64,000 nucleotides of DNA, from NCBI RefSeq assembly GCF_964204645.1, contig NC_134035.1, forward strand, positions 5,766,001 to 5,830,000. Direction: 5' to 3'. The notes beneath the pieces were generated by a model. The model made no database searches. It had not been told where the DNA came from and saw only the letters and a program-made list of their open reading frames with translations. The translations under genes were made by a program, and so were the position numbers. The DNA is from Tubulanus polymorphus (lineage: Eukaryota; Animalia; Nemertea). The stretch's first letter is position 1, and every line of letters begins with the position of its first letter. Of the stretch, positions 1 through 10,229 are shown in pieces.

Positions 1-689
1 AGGTTATTTATTTATTCAGCTTTCGCTACTAACCTATAGAAGCTTCGATTCACCCGATGAAGATTCTATACATTAGTAGCGAAAGCTCGTGCATCAAATA
101 AAATAGTTAACAGTACTACTTGTCTCGTTAAGGTCATGATAGAAAAGAGACACCATTTTCTTGAATAAATTAAGTTTAACAACATGCCTACTAACTGAAG
201 TTTTTTCATATCATCAAAAATTATGGTATGTAGGCATGGAAACACATTGTTAAACATTCATATTCTGGATTCACTTTTCTTTATTCAATCCCTTTCAATG
301 AAGACTTTTTTGCAATCCTTCAATACAGGGTTTTAGTTCAACTGCCGGTCCATTCCGGTCCTATAAAGACTTTTACCAGGTACGGTATGTACAAACAAAA
401 CTGACTGAGCTAGGCCACCTGCTGTCCAATCAAGCCAAATGAAATAGACCTCTGAGAACTGAGGTGTACTGTTCGACTAAAATAACCCTAGTTGAAATTT
501 GAAAAGAATGGACATCAAAAATCTAATAAAGAGTTTCTGAACTGACGGAATATAGGGGTAGGAGGCTTGTACATAATTCTTATAATCGACATTTAGGCCT
601 ACACAAGAATCGTTTACGATACAGTTCGAATGTACTCATTTTTGTACGGTTTTATAAAATATAGCCTATAGATAAAGAGCACTATAACT

Positions 690-880
690 GTGATTCAGTC
701 TGGGGAGACGACACATACTAAGTGCTCAGGAATTGATGAGATCAATTACCCATTTACTTGTGGGTTTGAGTGAGGCAATGAGAATACCAGGGTCTTGCCC
801 AGGGAGCCTACAGTAATGTACAGGGTTTGACCTGGTTTCCCCAAGTCAAACGCTCTAATCGGTCAACCCCACAGCTGCTG
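690..880 (-). mobile_element. Degenerate tRNA-derived SINE-like element in a CEPT1 intron
   Basis: Minus strand reads CCTGGGCAAGAC...CATTGCCTCACTCAAACCCAC..GTAAATGGGTA, resembling the conserved central block of invertebrate tRNA-SINEs (recognised from memory, not searched). Confidence 0.55.
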
Positions 881-1071
881 ACAGGACATGCCTTACTGAA
901 CTAATACAAACTATCGAAACGGTTTATTCACAGATTTGGTTGATTTATGGTTCATAGGCGCGACTTTTCACCAGATGGTGTTTTTATAAGAACAATAATC
1001 AGCGCAGGCAATGTTTCACTCTAAATAAATACCCGGTACACATCTGTCACAAACGACGGCTCTATACTTAC

Positions 1072-4000
1072 ACAGCACAACCATAATACAACGTATTCCG
1101 AAACTAGCGTGTTAAAATACTGGTTGAAAAATAACATTCCAGGTCCGACGAACACCGAGTCGAGGAAGCTCATTTCACTTTTAGTCATGTGTGCTACCTA
1201 AAAAAAAGAAATAAAAGATCAATATCAATTAGTTCAGCATTGTACGGGACAAAAATTGCTAAAATTATTTCTATTATTAACGGCTGTCAAGCTTTCAATT
1301 GAATTGAGTTGTTGTACTTATATTGAAAATTTTTCTCAACAATAGTAACAGAGTGAAAGCATAAAACCGGCGTGTAGGTTGACAGGTGCTCGCGACGATG
1401 GCAGTCGCAGAGAAGAAGCATTTCTATCTATAGAGAATCCAACACTAATATAATGAGAAAGATGAAGGTCAAAAAGTTTCCTTCAAGCTAATAATTTATT
1501 GTTTCAACATATCGACTATAACCTAATAGTCATCTTCAGGTACACTGAGCAGTATTCTCGAAGATGACTATTAGGATATAGTCGAAACGTTGAATCGATG
1601 AATTATTAGCTTTAAGGAAACTTTTCGGACTTCATATTTCTCGTTTAATTAGCGTGGGATTTTCTATATATCGTCACAACACGGACTTAGTGTAATCTGA
1701 AACGACTTACAAGCATTCAATCGAAAATTTTGAAGTAGGAAAAATATTTACCACTAATTTATTAGTAATTTTTGCGGCTACGATTCCGAAGCTCACCGCG
1801 TACAAACACGGATGATTTACAAATATGTCCGACGTTGATTTAATAGCGATCATCGTCGATAAGATTATCACTGACGCAATCGGGAATAACGGAAACACGA
1901 CGCTGGTGTCCTGAAATTACAATATACAATATGTCTACTTAAACGCGCCGTTGGTTTTTTAATAATTCGACCAATGAAACTGAGAATCGGTCTTCTGTTC
2001 GATTTCTTCTGCATTTCAATTAAAATTGAATGAACTTTTCTCAATTGAATGAACTTTTCTCCTAAATGAATCAAGTATCAATATAGCAGCGGCAAAGCAG
2101 CAATAACGGGTTTTATGCCTACCAGCATTTTTTAGTATGCAAACCTTTGGAAATTAGATAGGTTTTAGAAATTGAGAAGAGTACAATATCTAAATTGGGA
2201 TGGGTATATTTCGTGACAAGCGTGCACAACTTTGAACTGAATTTCTAAGCTCCTGGATCCATTCATTAGGCCTATCACACGGCCCACTAAATCTGTGTTA
2301 GATGAATTTTTCTACTCTGTGGTAGTTGGTATTGGCTTCATTGATAATTGCAAGGGAAAATCGTCTGGCTTTTTATAACAGTTCATTGCTTATCCATTAT
2401 TATAGCTTGGATTGCGCTGGAATTAATAAGTTAATGTCGTAAGCTTTCGATACATGGAGAAGTGCATTGGCCGCTGTATCTAAAGTTTATTTGAAAAATA
2501 GGACTAAAATTGAATCCCAAGGCCAAATTTGGCTCGGGTTAGGTCCTGGCCAGCTTTACCCAGGCCAAATTGTGTCTGAATACGACAGTGGCTAAGTTGA
2601 TATAGTAACTTGGACATTCATAAAGCAACATTAATGAAATCTTGTACATACATTAATAAATAAATATATCATATAATTAATCCTAATCCTAATCCTTGAG
2701 CGTTGAGAAAACTGAAATACTCACAGCGACTGTGGCGCCATTTTTACCGACACCTCCTTTCATTAACGTGCCCAAGTGACCGTAAAGTATGAAAGCTGAT
2801 AACGGAACACCGATGAATGCCATACACGCGTTTACATCTAGATTTATGACCGGTATCTGAAACAGGAATCGTAACATTTCATCACAAGCTGTGGCAACTT
2901 TAAGTGGAACCCGCTTAATTCGGATCATTTGAGACCGATGAAATTCATCCGGTTTATGAAATATCAAGATTAAGGCCATACGAAAATGATACCTCGTTTC
3001 TCCGCTCAGCGGCCGGGTCATTTTTGTAAAATACTTTAAAATTTGTAATCAGTTCATTTCCACAGCTGCCGGGCCGGGTCTGTTATGGTAAAATCGATCA
3101 CGGTTTAAAAGAAAGTTATGTACAGGGTAGATAGGCAGCCGGCCGGGTCAAGTTTTAAGCTCGCTCAGCAAACGGAGAAACAAGGTATCAATTTTGTTTA
3201 GCCTAACGTCATATTTTCTACATGTATACACATGGACTACGGATACATTCTTCCGAATAAGATGTAAAATAAGGATTCAACTGATCTGAATGATTAAAGC
3301 AGGTTTGACTGTAATTCCGATTCTCCTGTAGTACCGTACCGTATATTGCCATATTTGATTTCCAAATATCGCCGATATTAAGTACATCAAAACTATTCCA
3401 CATTGTAATTCTGTGACATCAATTCTGTAAGATAACAACAACGCACATCGGTAATACACTGTACAATGTACAGCAATATATCAATCTGGCGTATTTCCCA
3501 GAACAAGCTTTTAGAACAAGGCGTTAGACCCGGGAGAGAGGTTTTCAATATGTGTATACCCTGAGGTGTATACCCTGAGACAGGGCTATGTCATTAGAAA
3601 AATGCGGTTGCCTGACCTAAACGGAGTTATTTCACATATAGACACGCGGGTCTGTGACCTAGGATAGATAGAGCTATTTCATATATTGTAGGCCTAGACA
3701 TCAAGAAGACAGCGACTAGTTCATAAAGGCCCTACTGTAGACCTAGGTATGAGGGTATCTGACCCAATAAAAAGCTTTTTCATAAAACGTAGATAGAATT
3801 TTCATTTACTTAAAATCACGAAACTTTTATAAAAAAAAAAAGGCCACAACTTTCACACGTTTTAATCGATATCGGTAGAAAAGCGTTTTATAGTCTGACG
3901 AGATATCGAGAACTTACAATCCGAATTTTAACGTTCCAGACAGATAGGTTTGCCAGTGAGCTGTGTAGTACAGTAAACTCGAGACGATGCATTGATAGAA

Positions 4001-7000
4001 TAGTAGAATAGGGTGAGTTCCGAGTCCTATACAAGCGCACCCCGAGACTGTGACAAACACTAGAAAATAAATAAAAAATACGACAATCACATAGAAGAAA
4101 AATATATTCCATCGTCTTCAAGGGAATGGCGCGAACGCAAGCTATATAGCTACAAACAAAAATGTCAAAAGCGTATTAAATAATCTGCGTACTATAGGCC
4201 TAAGCTAGATAGAATAGATAAAGAAGTCATGTTATGCGATAAAATAACCGCGATTTAAATCATTACATAAAGGACCATGGGTCCAGTAGGATCCACTGAG
4301 TACATTTTTAGTTTTGAGCACAAAAACAGATTTGTTCTTGGATTTGCAATAGGCCTAACAGCTGATAAAGATGAAATCATGTTGCACTTTGCAGCAAACA
4401 TGTTCAACATCGACAATATACAAGGTAATAGGTTTCCCTATGAGTCACAATTACATGGTAGAAAACAGTTCTTGGTAATGTCACTGGGAAAGCCCTGCTA
4501 GAGGGATTTCCAAGTGATGCCCTTGTGAAGGCTCTGTGATATCGTGAAACAAGGTCAAGCATCGATTAGTAGAATGGGGGGAAAATTCATTGAATTTTTG
4601 TACATTTTCTCCCAGCACATCCAAATGGCTGATGGACGAAACTTGCCATATTCAATTCCACCACCTATTTCCCTCCTTATGACAAAATATCAGCTGTGTA
4701 TATTCAGTGGTTAGAATTTGTGCCACCAAGAGCTAACAGAAAGTAACTCTTAGAACCATACTTTATAAGGATCAACACAGTTGATCCTAACAATGAAACG
4801 TTCTTGACAGCTTCAGATATTGCACCACCTAACGATGACTATTGCATAAAATTGTGGAAGTTTTTCTACACTTGACACAGATTATAAAGAGTATTTTACG
4901 CAACTAATAGTTTTAGATACGTTAGCCATCAAGTACCAGTAATTGCCTACTTTATGATTGAGTGATTGATTGAGAGTAAAGCGAAACCTCGTTATAACGA
5001 CCTCGGATATTAACGATTTATCGGTTATTACGAACCTAAAATGTCGTTCCCAAATTAGGACGATTCTTATGATTTCATACTGGATAAAACGAACTATCCG
5101 TTATAACGAACATGTTTTCAGCTAGCCTAGTCCTCTGGGGCCAGTTTCACGAAAAAGTTAAACTCAAATTTTTTTATTAATTGCCATTGGTTACTTCATG
5201 TTTTCAATGAGGACAACAATTCAAACTTAACTGTTTTAAGCTTACACTTTTTCGTGAAACTGGGCCCAGGGCTCAGTTTCACAAAAAAGTTAAACTCAAA
5301 CTTTTGGTGTAATTACCATTGGTTACTTCATGTTTTCAATGAGGACAAAACAATTCAAACTTAACCGTTTTAGGCTTAAACTTTTTCGTCAAACTGGGAC
5401 CTGAAGTTGTAATGAAGTTCCGCAATAAATTGTTAAAGTGTTTATTTCATAATGTTTTGCTGTGTAATAATTGAGTAAAATGAAAGGCTTGTTGTTCGTA
5501 TGCGTGCGATACTTGTACCCAATATTACAAATAATGATATTTGCATAGATAATCATCTGAAAAGCATGTTAAACGCGTGTTAAACTAGAACCATCTAATT
5601 TTGCTATCTATTTTTTTTTTGCGTACCTACGTACGTACTTACCCTGATGGGGCCTATGTCATCCATTCAATTACCGTACAATATAATTTAGCTTCTGTTC
5701 TCAAGCAGAATTATTGAAAAACTATCACGTCGATAAATTAGAGATTGATGACAACATTAAACGTTTCACGCGACTACAATAACGCATCAAAGCAATAAAT
5801 CGTTTTTCAAGACAAAACCCGCTGTATACGGGTTAAAAGTATTGAAATCGAGAACGTATTCAATCAGAATTAACCTGTTCTCGCCTGTACATATATCCTT
5901 GGTTTAAAGTTATTCCCTCACGCCTGACGATGATCTCTAGGTTGACGACATCGAAACGTCGTATATTTTCATTTAATTTTTGATCGAACGAATTCTCGAT
6001 TTCAAAACTTTAATCTAGAGCGGGCTTTTAGCTTTTTTCTGTTCTCCACGTTTGAGTGTGGTTATTCTATTACTCGATTTTCATTTCCATTTTACAAATT
6101 TTGCTGCCAGTCGCTTAAAAGTTGGTTCAAGTTATAGTTTCGATTGCATTACAAATTGAAGATCAAAATCGCATTTTTCCCACAGTAATTATCCGATAGT
6201 AAGAGATTTTACCAACTGTCTAGCGATTAGCCTCTGTCTGTTGTACGGTAGAAGCCAGTTTTATAGAGACTGCTATCAACTTTAACCAGGGGTCAACTCA
6301 ATTCACACCCCCCTGCGTTAAAAGGTAGGCATAATATCAGTCCGTTATCTGGCCCTGGTAATCATATGTGGCCTGGATCTACCTCCTCGATAAATTCACC
6401 TTAATTTCAAGCATGTGGGCAGGTCCAGGTCGTATAATCGATACCTTACGCTTAAAACGAGGCACGAATTTGTTAATCGATCTAAACGTAATTTTTACCT
6501 GTTGATATCGAGTCACAGCCGTGATCGAACAGTTCACCTAACGGGGAACTGCTGCCCGTTCTGCGAGCCTGTTTACCGTCTATAGCGTCCAACGACTGAT
6601 ACGCTATCAATCCAAAACCAGTAATCAGATAAACCCACGCAGGAGCCTGTAGAATAACAAATAAACCACAAGTGTTTTTATCTCACAAACAATTACCTAT
6701 CCGAACTTTATAAAGCGGATAATTAAATATGACAACTTTTTATATCTGTGATATTTTGAATAGTTTTACCGCCGTTCAGGTCACGTCTGCTATATGTGGC
6801 ATAAGTGTCATTAAGCAAGGATTAGGGTTTTGGCTACTGTCTGTCACACCTGCTCTTCGTGCGATGTTTTGATCCGTAATTACATTAATAAACTGTTGAT
6901 CTACCTTTATTCAAATCAATTTGTTCAGTAAGGAATTTGCATTCAGAATTAAACAACGATTTTCCCTAAAGTTGTTTTTGTTTTCATTTATCAGCGATAG

Positions 7001-7854
7001 TTTACTCAGCATACGCTCGCGTAATGCTGAAAAAACTGACCCGCAGACGCTCGGAAACGTTACAGTGACGTCATCACCTGCTCATTAGCATATCAAAATA
7101 CAGTAGGTGGCGCCACGTGATGGGCCATAAAAGCCGTTTTTCAGCATCACGCGAGTGTATGCTACGTAAACAATCGATGATAAATGAAGACACAAACAAA
7201 TTTATGCCAATTCATAATTCATTTCTGAATGCAAAATCCTTACTGAACAAATTGATGCATAATATTCGCAGATCAACTGATTATTCACGAAATTACGGAT
7301 CAAAACGTCGCACAGAGAGCATGTGTGCCCGACAGTAGGTACATAGGCCTAACCATTTACGGACACTTTCAAAACGACATTTGCTCCTAAGTATTTAAAG
7401 CATAGCGACCAAATTCGAATATTAATTTCAGAATTTAGAGGTGACAGCAGACATAGTGTGCACTAATTATTGTCTATTAGCCTATTTTGATGTGGCCCAG
7501 ATTGCATGATTTATGAAAGTGCTCGCATTATTTAGTTAAAGGCAAATGTATTGATTAAAATCAGAAACTTACTGGTTGAATCGCATCCGGACTATAATAA
7601 AACACTAACAACGACGTCGCTACGTTAATAAATAAACCGACAGATGTGAGAGCGTTCGGTGCCCAGTGCAGCGGTATCTGTTCGACCAACCATCTCCAAA
7701 ACACTTGTAAATACGGCTCTATAATCGACACTCCTTCCGAGCTGTACTTGTGATCGGCGAGTCTCTTTAATTGAGCTGCAGATAGAATATCCGCCATCCT
7801 GAAAACGCCGCCGAAATAACTCTTGAATTTAGACGTTTCTTTCTTCGACGACAT
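1072..7854 (-). CDS. CEPT1: Choline/ethanolamine phosphotransferase (CEPT1/CHPT1 family), 7 exons visible; last exon probably lies before position 1
   Basis: Exons 7854(or ATG 7797)-7573, 6646-6499, 4059-3918, 3424-3340, 2856-2725, 1910-1752, 1197-1072; all GT-AG and in frame. Contains the CDP-alcohol phosphotransferase motif [26 protein letters not shown], plus [37 protein letters not shown] and VAHMTKSEM. Confidence 0.95.
1432..1668. mobile_element. Palindromic element, family A, with a hammerhead-like motif in each arm (Penelope pLTR-like)
   Basis: Arms of about 110 bp centred near 1548. Minus arm: CTGAAGA-T-GACTATTAGGTTATAGTC-GATA. Plus arm: ATTCTCGAAGA-T-GACTATTAGGATATAGTC-GAAACGTTGAAT. 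Confidence 0.65.
2974..3203. mobile_element. Harbinger/Tourist-like MITE
   Basis: Inverted GATACCTCGTTTCTCCG / CGGAGAAACAAGGTATC near the termini, TAA flanks, and three internal GGCCGGGTC repeats. Confidence 0.55.
5137..5401. mobile_element. Tandem dimer of a ~130-bp Harbinger-like MITE, inserted into an older Tc1/pogo-like MITE remnant (from ~4980)
   Basis: TIR GGGCCAGTTTCACGAAAAAG / CTTTTTCGTGAAACTGGGCCC with CTG/CAG junctions. Related copies at 27879-28168 and ~57993-58146. Host element has repeated CGTTATAACG motifs. Confidence 0.75.
5814..6030. mobile_element. Inverted-repeat element, family B, with hammerhead-like motif (core 5924-5960)
   Basis: CTGACGA-T-GATCTC-TAGGTT-GACGACATC-GAAA-CG-TC, flanked by arms AAATCGAGAA / TTCTCGATTT. 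Confidence 0.6.
6834..7338. mobile_element. Foldback element (~200-bp arms) in CEPT1 intron 1
   Basis: Paired segments: CTACTGTC...TTTTGATCCGTAATT with AATTACGGATCAAAA...GACAGTAG, and AGCATACGCTCGCGTAATGCTGAAAAAAC with GTTTTTCAGCATCACGCGAGTGTATGCT. Confidence 0.75.
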
Positions 7855-7909
7855 TATAAACAGAAGTAAATTTTACTTCCGGGTTGTACAGCTCGGTCTC
7901 GTGACGATC

Positions 7910-8448
7910 TCGACCGTTGAGTGCTGCCCCTATACAAAACGATAGCGGCGAAAACAGGAACTAATAATACACTCGCCTGCCAGACACTTTTTATAGGCAC
8001 AAAGGACGAACTATTTACCGATTTGCGGGCCGGACATAGAACAATATTCTGAAATTCTTGAATCAACACTAGAAGTTTGCAACTGGCAATTCTTTACGTT
8101 GCCGATCATTATCATTAAAGAATTTGATAATGCTTCAGACCCGTGTCTTAAGCAATATCAAATTCTTTAATAATCATGTGATGTTTCACAGCGTCTAACT
8201 TCGTTTTTTGTCAAAAACTTGTACAACTGAAAAGAAAAATAATATTTCGCATTTTCTAGTTGGTTTTTGAACCGGTTGAATTGCCAGTGTAAAGCTGTTG
8301 CGCTGTTTTTGAAAATTTCAGAATATTTTCTGAGTCCGGCCCGCTTATCGGTCCTGAACTCAGGTAAAAGTGTCTGGCAGGCGAGTAAAAATTTAGTTCC
8401 CGTTTTTTCCGCTATCGTTTTACATAGGGGCAGCCCTTGACGGTCAAA
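7910..8448. mobile_element. Long-TIR element (~150-bp arms) immediately upstream of CEPT1
   Basis: GCTGCCCCTATACAAAACGATAGCGG...ACTCGCCTGCCAGACACTTTT is mirrored by AAAAGTGTCTGGCAGGCGAGT...CCGCTATCGTTTTACATAGGGGCAGC. Confidence 0.75.
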
Positions 8449-10229
8449 ACCTGACACTATGATGTTGGCCTGGTCCCATTCACTAGCATTTAAAACGTTC
8501 TTGTTGTATTTTCTGCTGGTTGAAATAAATTACTTTTACTGTCATTGCAAAAAAAATATTTGTAGATAACTGATAAAATGAATCAATAATTATACTCAAC
8601 GATGATTCTCAATAATTCTGCAAATTTAGACACAATATTGAATCTACAAAAACTCAATTTGTTTAACTATCAATTTTGATTGATAGATGAATTCATGGCA
8701 GTTCAATTGGAGAACAATTGTTTTTGATAAATACAGGCCAAGGGCAGATTTCATGAAGATGGTTTTGTCTTTTGTTGTAGAACTTTTTTCAACGAATATT
8801 TTACTTTTTATGAATTGCAAAATGAAACTCACATTGGCCTTTCAGTATTTACAAGAAATTAAATAACGCAAGCAAACTGACAACATCAAAAATCAGTCAA
8901 ACTAATTCTTTTATTTTCAAATTAAATATTTTACAATTTATCATTCATTCTCATATATAACATCTCCGCATCAAATACATCAAAATGCTAAAATTAGATT
9001 TGTATGTCTCTTTTATCCAGAAACAACTCCCGATGAAATTAATAATATATTAATCGATTCTTAAAATATTATAATTACTTAAGATAGAATCCAATAGAAA
9101 ACAATTGCATTACAATGCTAACATATAATATCATTACGTATAAAATATCTCTGCGAAGCCATGCACCTGAAAAACTTACATTTCACAACAAAATCAAGTT
9201 ACAAATTAAACTTTCGAATATTTCAATTACCAATTTAAATAACAATATTAGCGCCAGTGCAGTAGTAGACCACCCTCAAGTCAGATGTGTTTAACTCATG
9301 GGTCCACCTCCATAGTCCAAAAGTGGTCTCAAACCTAAGTAAGACTAATCTTAAGTTGCTTGCTAATATGGTCTAAAGTCAAAGCAGTGACTATGGAACT
9401 GGACCAAAGAGATACTGTAGTTAGTTACCTAATCGTTGGTGGTAAGCTTTTTATAATCGGATGGGTGGTTCGTGAAAATATCGTATCGTGAAATTAAACC
9501 ACAGACAGGTTACTGGAGATACTGTAACTATTCAATCGACACACTTTTTGGAATATTCTATGGTTAAAAACATCCGATATGAGTGTAGTCTACTCACTGT
9601 GTAAAGCTCCCGGTGGATCAGAGTTACCATAGCTTCGATTTCTGTACATATTCTGCGAAGAGATATTCTTATATTTCCAATAAATATAAATAAGACGCAA
9701 ATTATCTTACAGTTTAAATTACCATAGATTTCACAAGACACACTGAATAAAATTTGAGAATTTCATCTTATTTACAAGATATACATTTCATTACTCCTAG
9801 TATAATTAGCAGAATTATTTTATGCACTAAATAAGCTCTGGATATGCAAAGTTCACAAGCATCGTGTATTGAACATCATCTATTGTATCTCATAGTACAA
9901 TCAACATGCATTGAACAGAATTTACTGTAATTGACCATACAGTCAACAAGCATTGAAAGCCAATTACTGTAACTGATGGTAAATAAGCATGCATATAAGA
10001 TGGAATTTACCATAACTTACATTGAATGGAAATTTTACTGTCACAGTAGTTATACCATCCTAGGTCAACACTAAATACTCAATCATTACGACTATAGCAC
10101 ATTGAAATAATCTATATCTGAATTTTAAAACAAATCAATAAATAATTGAATAACTATCTGTTTCACACGCCGTGCATCATGCAGTAAACATCAATCTGAT
10201 CACGATCGTGCCACGCCGTCCAATCGTCG

